Positions 1 through 11,165 of a DNA stretch of 64,000 bases are shown here, piece by piece. Each line of letters begins with the position of its first letter. The first letter of the stretch is position 1. The notes beneath the pieces are model-generated. The model worked only from the letters and a program-made list of their open reading frames with translations. It made no database searches and was not told the origin of the DNA. Made by a program: the position numbers and the translations under genes. The DNA lies in assembly GCA_977862235.1 (NCBI GenBank), contig OZ374562.1, positions 434,001 to 498,000 on the forward strand, written 5' to 3'. This DNA is from Dudresnaya verticillata. Its lineage: Eukaryota.

Positions 1-7
1 CTTTTGG

Positions 8-994
8 TTGCCGCGAGCCTCTAGCACTCATGCAACTGGAGTGTCGGGAGGAAGTTGTAACAGTGGTTCTTCAAGTCGAGGCCGCACGCCAAATGGTCGT
101 GATCGGATGCGGGTGAAGTACTTGCTTAACCACGATGATAGAAAGAGCGGAACATCATCAGTGTCAAGCGGGTCAAGGGGCAGTCATGGGAGGTCGCGAC
201 GTTCAAGGCGACGCGGAGGCGAGAGCTGGCATGCGCAAGAAGCAGTATCAGGGCGCACCTCGAACGAGGAGGCGACGAGGCATCCAGGGGAGGAGTCCCT
301 TCAGTTGACTCACGACGCTTTGCCACGTGATTCGCATGAGGCGTCGCCACGCAGATCGCACGATGTAGCAGGCACGCGTTCGGGCGACAATGGGGGCCGG
401 GAGGGCGGTGAGGGGTCACGAAAGTATGAGCAGGCTGTGTTGGCGCGATACGGAGAGGTGTTGACAAGGGCAAGCGCGAGCCGCGACGTGCAGATGATGG
501 CGTTGTTCAGCAGAGCAGAGGCTCCGCGGGTTGCCAGGACTGCGGGTGTTGCTGGAACGAGCAACAGTGGGCTGGCGGCGACGCCGAAAAGTATCATGGT
601 TCGGTCAGGGTCGTCGCCGGGATTACACGGGCGGGGCGGGCTGCACGTGAAGGGTGGAGGCGCGGCGGCGGTGGGCAAGGGGCGTCGGAGCAAGGGTGGG
701 GGCGGGGGCGGGGAGGCGAAGGCGCGGCGGTTCATGTGCGGGCAGTGCGGGTTTGCGTTCGGAATGCGGTCGAACCTGAAGCGACACGTGATGACGGTGC
801 ACGAAGACCGGCGCAAGTTCAAGTGCGAGATGTGCGGGGCGGCGTTCGGGCTGAAGCAGAACCTGTCGACACACGTGCGAGTGAAGCACGAGAAGCGGCG
901 GCCGTTTGAGTGCGATGTGTGCTCGATGAGCTTCGGGTACAAGCAGGTGCTCCAAAACCACCGGCGAAACATCCATGGGCTTCCGGACAGGTGA
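8..994 (+). CDS. C2H2 zinc-finger transcription factor (3 C-terminal fingers); true start may lie upstream of the window or at ATG 107
   Basis: CGQC..H..H, CEMC..H..H and CDVC..H..H fingers with HEDRRKF/HEKRRPF linkers; low-complexity N-terminus. Confidence 0.9.
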   Translation: MPRASSTHATGVSGGSCNSGSSSRGRTPNGRDRMRVKYLLNHDDRKSGTSSVSSGSRGSHGRSRRSRRRGGESWHAQEAVSGRTSNEEATRHPGEESLQLTHDALPRDSHEASPRRSHDVAGTRSGDNGGREGGEGSRKYEQAVLARYGEVLTRASASRDVQMMALFSRAEAPRVARTAGVAGTSNSGLAATPKSIMVRSGSSPGLHGRGGLHVKGGGAAAVGKGRRSKGGGGGGEAKARRFMCGQCGFAFGMRSNLKRHVMTVHEDRRKFKCEMCGAAFGLKQNLSTHVRVKHEKRRPFECDVCSMSFGYKQVLQNHRRNIHGLPDR

Positions 995-1916
995 TGGAGC
1001 GCGATTGAGCGGTGCCACTCGCGACATGTGCTCCGAGTGCTCACGGCGGGTGCGCCGCTCGGGGCTGTAATGCGGAGTGGGCGGAGTGGCTCCGGGGGGG
1101 AATCGCCTTCTGCTTTTTTGGGTTACTTTTTGGAGGCGGCGCGATGTGGAACTGAACAGGAAGGAACATGGCGCGTAAAAATGTTGTAAAGATGCAGCCG
1201 AAAGCGCGACACGTGCCACTCGTTGGCTGTCAGTCGGCCAGTCGGTGCGCCCAGCCCCATCGGACCGGGCCGCCCGGGCCCGCATTGCCGCGGACAGGCT
1301 GTCCGGCGGAGGTAAGGCGCACGCGCGCCTGCGCGGTGTAATGCGATCAGTTTGAGAGCGCTCTACGAACGTTGATTGCTCGAGACGCACCCCGCTCTGT
1401 AATGCGGTGCCGAAGCTGTACGCAAGGCGGTACGACTGCGCGCCCCGACCGGGCCACAGTGGGCGCGATCAAACTTCGATCAAGCGCCGCCATACACTCG
1501 CGCCGCGCTGGATTGACCGCGCCCCACGCCCCCCTTTTCGGGCGCACGCCTCCCCTCCCTGCGCATCCGCGTCGACACTACTATCTCTCCCCCTCACCCA
1601 CCCACACCCCAACACAAACACCCGCCCACCACCCCTCCCGCCCCCGCCGACCCCCGCCGCCCCCACCCGCCACCGCTTCGCCCTTTTCTTCCCCCCCCCA
1701 TCCATCCATCTATCCATTCATCCATCCGAAACCTCCCGTCTCCCGTCTCCCGTCTCCCGTCTCCGCTCCTCCCTACTACCGCTCACTCCTCCTCCCTTCC
1801 GCTCGGTCCACGCTCCCCCCTTCTCCTTTCCGTCCGCGAGTCCCTTCCCCCCTCCACCCCCGCCGGCCCCGCCCGCCGCCGCCCACCCGCCCCACCCCGC
1901 CTCCACTCCCCGCCCA

Positions 1917-3881
1917 ATGTGGCGCAAGCTGCGCTCGCGCGGCCGCGCCCGTCGCGCCACGAAGGCCGCCTCTGCGTCCGCCCCGTCCACTCCGCTGCCG
2001 CCGCCTGCTGCATCCCGCTCGGCCGACGCCCCCTCCCGCCAAGATCCCCCGTCCGACATCCCGCACCGCTCCGGCAACCCCAGCTCGGCCCCCGCTACCT
2101 CCGATTCCTCAAACCCCCACATAACCCGCTCCCCATCTCTGCCGCACTCTGCCCCGCCGCCCCCCGATCTACATTCGGTCCGCGCACGCACCGACATGGG
2201 CACCCGCGCTGACACCTCCGTCCCGCCGCCGCCGCAGGCCCTCACCGCCGCCGCCGCCGCCGCACACCACCAACTCCACCATCTGCACCACGCCCACCAC
2301 TCGCCCCAGTCCTCCCAACAACCCGTCCACGTCCCGGCCATTCACCCGTCTCCGGATACCCCCACCCCGGCTGTCGTCGCCCCCATACCCGTCCCGGTTC
2401 CCGTCGCTCAACCCGTTCCCACCGCCGCCCAACCCGTCATCGCAACCCACCCTACCCCAACCGGCGCCTCGGGCCTCCCGCATGAGCCAAATCGTAACCG
2501 ACGTCTCTCGCTCGACGGTGACTTGCCGCCGTCTGCCATCCGTCCGGACGACGATGACGCCATGCGTGATGAAGCAATCAGCGAGGGCTTGTTCGACGTC
2601 TTTCCGGATGCATTCCGCCCGAGCGTTATTGATGTGTCGGCCTGTTCCAAGGCTGGATGGGAGCCAGTCCGAGGCCATCTGGCCTCGGTCCCACCCATGC
2701 ATACCGTCGAAGTTCGTAAGGAGAACCAAGACGCCTTTTGTGCCTTTGCTCCGTTCCGCGCGGATCCCACAGTACCGCTTCAAATGTCAAATCCAGCAGA
2801 GCAAAAGAGCGACCTGCAGATATTTCTTGGTGTCTTCGATGGCCACGGCGCACAGGGTCGGCCCATTGCCCAGTACGCGAGAGACTATATTTCGAAAGTC
2901 ACTAGAGAGGCCTCTGTCAAGCTGCACCCCGAGAGGGTTGTGACGGCGACGCGTCCCCATCCTCAAGGAAAGGACAGGGGTTCTCCGGCCCTATCTATTC
3001 CCCCCGAGCTCCATCGTGCCAGACTAGACACTCTAAAGTCGGCCTTTTCACGTGCAGAACGCGCGTTGACAGAGTCTGATTCCGGCATTGACCATGTCTT
3101 CAGTGGTACAACAGCCGTGGTCGCATGGATGTTCGGACGCGACCTTTATACGGCGTGGACAGGAGACTCTCGTTGCGTCATTGGCCGCGCCTTGACTCCA
3201 GAAAACGGGCGTATGCGTTTCCGTGCGGTGGATCTGAGTCACGACCAGAAGCCTGTTCGATCAGATGAGAAGCGTCGCGTCAAGAATGCCGGTGGTCGTA
3301 TTGCCCGATGGCAACGTAATATGGGACCATTGCGTGTATGGCTCCCCAGAGACTGGACTCCTGGTTTGGCAATGACACGCAGCATCGGTGACACCGTTTT
3401 GAGTGAATACGGGGTGAGTCCGGTCCCTGAAGTTACCTTCACTTCTGTCGGTCCGTCAGATTCATTTATTGTCCTAGCAAGTGATGGTGTTTGGGAATTC
3501 ATGACAAGTCAAGAGGTTGTAGACTTCATTGGGCGCATGCGAAGAGAAGGACGTAGCGCAAGTGATGCCAGTGAAGCTCTTGTACGAGAGGCCGTTAGAA
3601 GATGGCGGAGAAATGAGGTTGTTGTGGATGATACCACAGCTGTTGTAATGTGGATGACGTGGGGTGATATGGAAGGTAGCACAGAAGAGTTGACGGCCGA
3701 AACTGCTTCTGATGCGGGCAAAACCAAAAGCGAGGCGTTGTTAGGAAAACCCCGAAAGGTGTTTTCGAAAACCCGAGCAAAGGTGTCACTCAAGTCTTCA
3801 TCGCATGGCGTTCACCTCGTCGCAGATAACGGCCAGTTGTCAGACTTCGTCTGTAAGAACGATCAGTTTCAAGGTATTTGA
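1917..3881 (+). CDS. PP2C/PPM-family protein Ser/Thr phosphatase with Pro/His-rich N-terminal extension
   Basis: Motifs ENQDA, GVFDGHG, SGTTA, GDSR, LSHDQKP, GLAMTRSIGD, VLASDGVWE, DDTTAVV; first ATG at 1917 (MWRKLRS). Confidence 0.95.
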   Translation: MWRKLRSRGRARRATKAASASAPSTPLPPPAASRSADAPSRQDPPSDIPHRSGNPSSAPATSDSSNPHITRSPSLPHSAPPPPDLHSVRARTDMGTRADTSVPPPPQALTAAAAAAHHQLHHLHHAHHSPQSSQQPVHVPAIHPSPDTPTPAVVAPIPVPVPVAQPVPTAAQPVIATHPTPTGASGLPHEPNRNRRLSLDGDLPPSAIRPDDDDAMRDEAISEGLFDVFPDAFRPSVIDVSACSKAGWEPVRGHLASVPPMHTVEVRKENQDAFCAFAPFRADPTVPLQMSNPAEQKSDLQIFLGVFDGHGAQGRPIAQYARDYISKVTREASVKLHPERVVTATRPHPQGKDRGSPALSIPPELHRARLDTLKSAFSRAERALTESDSGIDHVFSGTTAVVAWMFGRDLYTAWTGDSRCVIGRALTPENGRMRFRAVDLSHDQKPVRSDEKRRVKNAGGRIARWQRNMGPLRVWLPRDWTPGLAMTRSIGDTVLSEYGVSPVPEVTFTSVGPSDSFIVLASDGVWEFMTSQEVVDFIGRMRREGRSASDASEALVREAVRRWRRNEVVVDDTTAVVMWMTWGDMEGSTEELTAETASDAGKTKSEALLGKPRKVFSKTRAKVSLKSSSHGVHLVADNGQLSDFVCKNDQFQGI

Positions 3882-4521
3882 TCGCCCGATGTACTCGTTC
3901 TTATTGTTATTTCGAAAGTACAGTGCCGTGTCATCCTCTCTGAACACAAAGTTCAATGGGAAGTCGATCGTGGGCTATGGGTCTGGGAGGTTCATGACCT
4001 CACTTATGTGCTTCCTGTATACGTAAAGAACGCCTGCAACCACAAGTTAAGCATTCCGGGTGAGGTCTTGCAGATTCCCCGTTGAATGCCATTTGATTCG
4101 TCTTGTGACGCTAAGGCGCTAAAGAACTGTGGATTCGGATCCAGAATAACGCGCTCTGAGCGAACACCTACTCAAGCTCTAAATATACCCTTCAGGGCAC
4201 TCTCGATTCGATTGTACGTGTACCGTATGGAGTACATAGTCGACTCTGCCGTTCATCAGTTCCTGTGTCAGGATGTAAATTTTTTGTGTTTTTTTTATGT
4301 AAAGCTCAGTACGGAACAGACTCAACTAACAACACCAAAAATCCCCTGCAGATCATGCTTCGTCGTGCGAAGAGGTCTTTCGCTCTCTGCTAGTTGCCCG
4401 TTCTCTGCTCCTGGATACCCTTTTCGAAAAGTGAGCTAGCCTCTCCAGGACCGCTCTTTACACCCTTTGCTGGAGCCCATCCGACCCAAAGCGAAAAAAA
4501 GAGCAACATATCCGTCCGACG

Positions 4522-4767
4522 ATGACGACGCCGGACAACTCTTCGCAAGGGATCTCAAGGCCCGCTGACGCCGCGCCTTTGTGCGTCTCTCATTCATTAC
4601 AAGGTCCTGGAAATGACAACCCCATCTGGAGTCAATCCAAGTCTGTACCAATGGATACTGGTTTGAACGGTGTTTTGGACGCCGTAGACGAGCTGCAGAC
4701 AGAAGCATCCCGGCTTCTAACCGAACTGCTTGAAGGAAACGGAGACGGATCTACTGGCCAGCAATGA
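4522..4767 (+). CDS. Small acidic helical protein, possibly GON7-like
   Basis: 81-aa ATG ORF with amphipathic helix GLNGVLDAVDELQTEASRLLTELLEG; no firm motif. Confidence 0.3.
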   Translation: MTTPDNSSQGISRPADAAPLCVSHSLQGPGNDNPIWSQSKSVPMDTGLNGVLDAVDELQTEASRLLTELLEGNGDGSTGQQ

Positions 4768-4853
4768 TAAGGGGGATGATACGACGATTTTCGGCTTGCG
4801 GCGGTCACAAGACCGTGGCCTCTCTTCCGAACTTCCGTAGGATGCAATCGCTT

Positions 4854-6122
4854 TCACTCTTGGATGTGACGCTTGCGGGGGTCAACCAGATCCTTCATGT
4901 CTGGCGTTGACTTTTGTTCGAACAGCTCCTCCACTCTCGCCAAGCTTATCTGCATGCGTTCACTTTCCGGGTTCTCCTCGACATTTTCATACTCATAGAC
5001 TGGTGGAGGAAACCAGAACGGTGCCAATGCAACATTGATGTGCAATTTCATATCTCCGGAAGCTTGACGCTTGAGTATGTTTCGCCCGGATGGGTACGTT
5101 TCAGTTGCAAGCATTTTCACCGATTCGCTGGCTTTGACATTCTTGAAAAAGCGCATGGCATCAATAAGCGTCCCGTCCTCCAAGAAACGATACGCCACTA
5201 TCAAGTCTGTCCCATTTGGAAAGGGGTCATGAAACGGATCCAGCTTCGCTACTCTCAACTTCTCAACACTTGCATACGCTTCTTTAACCTTTGAGACAGA
5301 ATCGTTGACTCCGACAACACAAGTTAGATGCACCAAGCGGAATTCAGTTCGAAGCTTATGCACTATATGGGGCAACCATTCGACGTTGCGTTGACAGGAC
5401 ACATCGATTATGTGCACTGCATTCGTAACCTTGATCGCTCGGTAGATGCCCTTACACACAAGATGAAATGGTTGAGAGCAGCCCATCCATGCCCCCTTGC
5501 GACGAGCCTGAAAGATAGAATCTGTTTCGAGTTCCGATGCGGCTTTTTCGTCTTCTTTCTTCGGCGCAGCATGGATTGCCTCGGCAACCCAGTGCAACGG
5601 AAGCGCAGAGAGAACGCCCCGTGCAAGGGAACCAGTCCAGGACGAACCCGGCGCCGGTGCTTCCGACATTGGCAAATCATCAGTTTCATTTCCACCCGTA
5701 GCATTTCGGAGCGATGGAAGCGGAATTGGTCCCTCTGGGATTCTCTCCAGTGCCTGGGCAACACCCGATGGATTTGGGTTAGAAGCAACAGGCAGTTTTC
5801 CTCTTTCCGGAAGCGCAGAGTCTCCGTCTGCGCCCAAACTTCCTCTGGTGGCATCACCAGCAACAGCGAACCAGTTTTGCGGTTTGGAGACATAGGATGT
5901 ATCGCGCGTTGAACTCTTCGAATGAAGCGTGGGATGCGGTACGAAGCCAAAATTTCGTGACAGATGTGCAGGCGTAAAGGCAATGAACGGCCGAATGCAC
6001 TGGTGAATAAAGACTATGGACGAGGCAGCGAAGAGAGCAATTGAAAAGCAAACTTGTCTGGACCGTGTGGATGCCGGAAGTGGGGACTTCCTTGTCTTTC
6101 TCTTCTTACGGTGGTGACCCAT
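4854..6122 (-). CDS. Type II membrane protein with degenerate class I SAM-methyltransferase-like domain
   Basis: Basic N-tail plus a TM helix (VCFSIALFAASSIVFI); C-terminal IIDVSC, DLIVAYRFL and INVALAPFWFPPP resemble algal methyltransferase-like proteins. Confidence 0.7.
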   Translation of the reverse strand: MGHHRKKRKTRKSPLPASTRSRQVCFSIALFAASSIVFIHQCIRPFIAFTPAHLSRNFGFVPHPTLHSKSSTRDTSYVSKPQNWFAVAGDATRGSLGADGDSALPERGKLPVASNPNPSGVAQALERIPEGPIPLPSLRNATGGNETDDLPMSEAPAPGSSWTGSLARGVLSALPLHWVAEAIHAAPKKEDEKAASELETDSIFQARRKGAWMGCSQPFHLVCKGIYRAIKVTNAVHIIDVSCQRNVEWLPHIVHKLRTEFRLVHLTCVVGVNDSVSKVKEAYASVEKLRVAKLDPFHDPFPNGTDLIVAYRFLEDGTLIDAMRFFKNVKASESVKMLATETYPSGRNILKRQASGDMKLHINVALAPFWFPPPVYEYENVEENPESERMQISLARVEELFEQKSTPDMKDLVDPRKRHIQE

Positions 6123-7118
6123 GTCGGAAAGTTATGGCGAACACCACCTCGTTGGGGATGCATACCCAGGTTTGAAATTTCCTTGAACACAGCGTAGTCA
6201 TCGCTCTGCACATTTCAGAAGCTGCTTGAAAAGCGCAAGAGGCGAAAAGTGAACAGAGCCAGACAAGTGCAAGTCAGCCTTCCCGCTTCGAGGATGTATT
6301 GAGGAGGAGAGGGTAATGCTATTCATCGTAGGTAGGAGGAGGAGAAAGGCACTAAATTTAGATGTGCTTTCGGATAGCGGAAAAGGGCGACGGCCTTATT
6401 TTGTGCGGGTCCACTTCTGTAATGCGCAATGAGGAGGAGCCCTTCGGACCCGTCGGCTCTCTCTCTCTCTCCCTCTTTCTCTCGCTGAGCACATTGGACC
6501 GCGGTGATCATACCTGTCATCAGCCCTCCAGCTATGCACAGTAAATGTCGTCCTGTGCAACCATTCAAGAGACTGCTAAAATGCCTGCGCAGAAGCCAAA
6601 CATGCAAAACCTAACGCTACACTACACTACCTTTGCCGCAGCTTTTGCAAATGCGCCGCCAACTTGATGCTGAGAGTGAGTGCCCGCTGGCAGTCTAAAT
6701 GTAAACCATTCTTCTCTGAGAGCGAGATTTTACGAAGTTCCTGTTTGCGGAGGTGAGCTGAGGGATATGGTGCTGAATCTGGGGGTTGTTAGAGAGAGAA
6801 CCTCTCAGTGAGGAAGCAATCTCGACCATGAATGATACACGTGCAGCATCTTTGTGTGGGTTATCACTGTCTTGCTCTACGTGCTTTGCCAACTTTTGAG
6901 TTACAGTACTGTTTTGTATTCACGAAAGCAGTGGCTCCCAGACACTCTCGCACGAGCAACGCAGAATGTCTTCGAGCCCGACCAGCGTTCCACGTCACAT
7001 GCTCACTCAAGGGAATCTTCGCAACCCGCCCGCTTTGACCTCGCCGGAAGTGCAACCTCTCAAGACCAATCAATGCTTATATAGTTAGTTGCAGTCATCT
7101 CGAGGAGACCGAGCTACA

Positions 7119-8201
7119 CTACGGACTGCTACGCCCATCCCCTAGCACTGTCTCTCCGTTGCTGTTATCGATGGCCCCAATAATCTTCAACGCTGCGTCA
7201 TTCATACGACTCATCCGGAGCGGCATTCGAAATACCCTCAGTACATTTCCGACTCGCAAGATACCTTTCCGACTACGCATGTTATTCTCGCGGGTTCGCT
7301 TCTTGGCTTCAAACACCAGGTCCTCCGCTGGTATTCGACAGGGGTGCGGCTGAGGTGGCATTGACTCCATTGCGTCATTTGCCATCACCAGGGCCAAGTC
7401 GTTGGCATCAGGGCCTAAACGCCCATATGCAAATACATCCATGACAAACTCGCTGTCAGCCTTCCCAGTCTTGACATCTCGAAGTACACAAAATCCAGCT
7501 CTTCTTCCGTCCGCATCCGTGAGAGCAAGATACGAACCCACCTCTTTCTTGCACAGATACCTCAGCGAGCACATCAGGCTTCCAGCTAGAGCCCCAATAT
7601 AACCACCGTGACCCACCACAAATACTTCCACGCGTAGCGCCACATCTGAGCCGTCGTCCATACCAGAGCTTAGAAGACTTCCTCCAGCGTCCTTTGCAAA
7701 TGCTCCACCCCTAGACCTATAGACCGTATCCCAAGACCCGTCTCCCCGCCGTCTGCTTATAACCACATAACAATCGGGCACTCTTGGTACTCGAGGGGAG
7801 TTCAGAACACCACGAGATGCTATGCGAAACTTCGCACGAATTGTCGCCAACTCTGGCTCATGAGATGCCGTGTAGACATTGATCGAGACAGACCGCATCT
7901 TGAGAGTAACAGGGTGTCCAACTCGATTCGCATGTCGAAGCTCATCGCCAGATAAAACCACAGACTCACGAGCAAGACCATCAATAGCAAGCACAAGTTG
8001 TGTCTCAAGAAAACCGCGGGGTACTACTATTGGGGTAGCAAACGTTGCTGGGCTTCGTAACTCTTCTGTTCCTGGGAGCTTAACCCCGTCAACCACGGCC
8101 ACCACAGCATAGCGACGGGTGAAGCGGCGTTGTTGACCAGCACGTAGAGAAAAGGTTAGTCCCAAAGCGTGCACATCCGTGGAGGCTGGGAGTTCTGCCA
8201 T
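7119..8201 (-). CDS. Copine/C2-domain-like protein
   Basis: 360-aa ORF from ATG 8201; PDCYVVISRRRGDGSWDTVYRS and LRVEVF..GSLMCSL resemble the copine C2B domain. Confidence 0.6.
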   Translation of the reverse strand: MAELPASTDVHALGLTFSLRAGQQRRFTRRYAVVAVVDGVKLPGTEELRSPATFATPIVVPRGFLETQLVLAIDGLARESVVLSGDELRHANRVGHPVTLKMRSVSINVYTASHEPELATIRAKFRIASRGVLNSPRVPRVPDCYVVISRRRGDGSWDTVYRSRGGAFAKDAGGSLLSSGMDDGSDVALRVEVFVVGHGGYIGALAGSLMCSLRYLCKKEVGSYLALTDADGRRAGFCVLRDVKTGKADSEFVMDVFAYGRLGPDANDLALVMANDAMESMPPQPHPCRIPAEDLVFEAKKRTRENNMRSRKGILRVGNVLRVFRMPLRMSRMNDAALKIIGAIDNSNGETVLGDGRSSP

Positions 8202-9203
8202 TGTGAACTGGCGCTGGAAAAGCTGAGATGGTTCCAAACCAAGATGACAGGTTAGGAATTGGGGCACGTTGAGGGTTTGGCTTCAGGGGCCGAACAACGG
8301 TTTCGGTAGTTAAGGCCGGCTTTACAGAGATGGAGGCATTGCAGAGTGGGAAGGAAAACAAAACATATCGACTCGAGTACAAGCGATATGTCGAAGCTTA
8401 GTTCTGCTGACCACTGCGCAATGCCTGCCTGCAAGTCCGAGCCCATGGAACGTTGGGCTTGTTCCAAAACACGAAAGGCATGGAACTGCGAACAAGCCGA
8501 ACAACAATGGGCATCAACGAATATTATACCAGTTCTTGGGAAGGACAAGGATTGGCCAACATCTGTGCGCGACCAGCAGCCAATCACGTGTCCATCCATA
8601 ATATCCAATACTTACAGTACTAGTTAAACTATCTGTAGATAGTGCAACTAGATAGTGATAGTGCAGAGAGATAGTGTAGTTCGACAGTGAGGCTGTCGAT
8701 ATGGACTGCCCGTGGGCAGCCGCATTGTCAGTTCGCCTTAATACCCGCGACGGGGCGTTGTGGCTCGTCCTACCGTAGCGTGCAGAGTTGGGAGCGAAGT
8801 ACAGTAGTCGTGCCGCTCCGATAGCTCTGATTGGCTCAGAGAGGGGCAGAATGAGCCGCAAAGGGGCTGTAAGCTACACACCTGGTACACGTGTCACATG
8901 CCACGTGTGTAATGAGATGTGAGCGCCGCTTGCTGTAATGCACTGGCGCATTGCTGTACGCACCGCTGTTGTTCTCGTTGTACATAATCACTTGGTTTAC
9001 CTGTCCACGTGGACACACACAGGAACTGATCGCCTTCGCAGCGGCAGCGCAACCTATCGATGCTTTATCGATGTGAAAGCCCTGCATGCCGTGCCCTACG
9101 CTTCACCTCCGCGGCAGCGGCGGTCGTCTAGCAGCTCTTAGAGCATTTCTACCGCGCAGGTGTACTTCTAATGTAACGCAAGCCCCGCGTGTAGATTGCC
9201 TCG

Positions 9204-9500
9204 TGTAGCAGTATGGCACCGGCCAGGAACAGCAAAGAACAGAAAAAGACAGCTGTCCGATATCACACGGTAATGGGTGGTAGCTCGAAGGAGGTTTGGT
9301 AGAGACTTGAACGGAGGCGAGCCCTGTGTAGACTTCTAAGTCAAAGAGGAAAACAACACAACAAGAAGGCTGTCTTAGAAGATACTTCACTGAGTAGATG
9401 GTAGCTCGGTAAAGGGGTTTGGTAGAGACTTGATAGGCCTTAAAGCCCTAAGAACAGGGGAAAAGGGAAGGCGAACCCAGCCGTGTAGAGCAGTGTGTTA
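9204..9500 (-). repeat. Truncated LTR fragment, same family as solo LTR 26200-27785
   Basis: Begins TGTAGCAGTATGGC (vs TGTAGTAGAATGGC at 26200); shares GGTAGAGACTTG and GAAAAGGGAAGGCGAACCC. Confidence 0.65.
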
Positions 9501-9507
9501 TAGACAT

Positions 9508-10245
9508 TGTGAGCAAAACGACTCCGTGATCTACGTGAAAATAATCGAGAAATACGAATTTCGAAGTGACTCCGTGAATGCGCACGCCACGATGGCAAAC
9601 ATATTACAGTGCGCATACTGTGCGCGCGCCACGATAGCATTCGCATTACAGTGCGCACCCGATACGAAATCGCTGACACCTTCGTGACTTTCCAGTTGTT
9701 TATCGCGCGTAACGGCACCGGGGCCCACAAGACACGCGCACCTCCGTATGCATCGCTGGCGCACTTTTCAACCGCCACCATACGTGAGGAGACCGTTCGT
9801 TGGCACTGAGGCCGTTACGAATCATTCGAGTACGAAGCATCTCCCGCGTTGACGCGCATTCGTGCTCACGTAGTACTACTTAGCCAGTCGTCTGGCACAA
9901 CCTCCGAGGGTTTCCGGTAAGCGACTAGCGCCGGACTTCGGAGTCTTCGGTAAACGCCTGTTTCTTCGAGTTCGGTGTCTTCGTCTTCGTGACGGTGGAT
10001 ACGGTCGAGCCTCTCTTTCGATAGCCCCGCGCACCCGGAGTCATCCCCGGTTATCGATCGATCGAGTTCTCCCTTCCGCACACGAATACGTTGACACCGT
10101 GGTCCTTCGTGTTGGTCGCTCCGCTCTACCACGCTACCACCCCTTTTCGTTTCTCCGTTAGGCCACGAGGCCATTCGTTAGGCTCCGAGGCCATTCTTTA
10201 CAGTGCGAGACTTCCCCGCGTCACCGTGGACTTCGTTATACCACA
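9508..10245. repeat. Probable LTR without matching TSD
   Basis: TGTG...CCACA ends with imperfect terminal inverted similarity; interrupts the neighbouring LTR remnants on both sides; flanks GACAT/CTTGG do not match. Confidence 0.35.
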
Positions 10246-11026
10246 CTTGGCTGGCGCGCTACTCTACACACTGTACAGATACTCACTAAAAATAGAGAAT
10301 AAATACTACAAATACTCCGCTACGGTTGGTGCGTTACACTGCTGTACAGCAATGCGTACCAGCGTACAGCAATGCGCACAACATCCGACACGGTTACACG
10401 TTTCCAGATTGTAAGGAAGGACCTTTTGGGTCTCTTGTGAACTCAAAGAGTGCACTCAATGAGAAAGCCGCAGCGCGGGTGCCTGGTAGCGGTGGTAGAG
10501 CGGGAGGAACCCAGAGGGTAGACGAGGGCACGTAACCTGATTGGAAGCACGATACTGAAGGTAGTTCACTGGGCGGGCAGTTAACCGGGCACGGGTGACA
10601 AGTGTGCTGTGGTGCCGATAGCTTGGAGACGTAGTTGGGGCCGGAAGGTGCTTACCTTTACTGTTCAGTGACCGCTACGGGAGATACCCTTATATGGTAT
10701 TCCGACTGTCGGGCAGCACCCCTCATACTGGGCTATATACACGCCCCCTATCCTAAGCTATAATTTCTAAAATAAATAGGCAGATACTAAGCTACTGACC
10801 TGCAGGATGACACTTGGACCAATCATGGGCTACCAATCTTGTCCCTGCTGGCGCCCTATAGGTAACGCTATTTCTGCGCATACAGCGGGCAGAGGGCCCA
10901 CTTTGTGACTTCTGTAAGCCCTTCACTGTATTACACAGATCATCAGCGTGGCGTACTGCCACATCATCCGTTACGGTTGGCTCGCCGTCGGCGTGCCGCA
11001 TGCGCGCCACAGCTCACTTCACCACA
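10246..11026 (-). repeat. 3' LTR remnant of element B (interrupted by solo LTR 10410-10935)
   Basis: Ends CTCACTTCACCACA as at 42001-42014; ~90 bp near-identical to ~41785-41870; adjacent PPT. Confidence 0.8.
10410..10935. repeat. Solo LTR, 526 bp
   Basis: TGTAA...TTACA termini; 5-bp TSD CAGAT (10405-10409 / 10936-10940). Confidence 0.85.
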
Positions 11027-11165
11027 GACCCCCCTCCTTAAATGGCGCCACGTCCTCGGGCGCCGACCGTCACGGATCTCTATCGCTTCCCCACCCACGC
11101 ACACACACAACCGATACGGAAGTGTTCTCATCAGTCCCTTCCCTTTCTTGCGCGCTTCTCCCACC

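Noticed and set aside
1407..1916. N-terminal extension of the 824-aa PP2C ORF
   Set aside because: Starts at GTG and runs through C-rich low-complexity promoter/5' UTR sequence that lacks stops by composition; first ATG is at 1917
126..3793. Numerous overlapping opposite-strand ORFs
   Set aside because: Shadow ORFs of GC-rich genuine genes
6323..7084. Short ORFs and a (CT)n tract between two minus-strand genes
   Set aside because: No motifs; likely UTR/promoter with a microsatellite
8675..9203. LTR starting TGTAGT at 8675
   Set aside because: LTR-like composition but no identifiable right end or TSD
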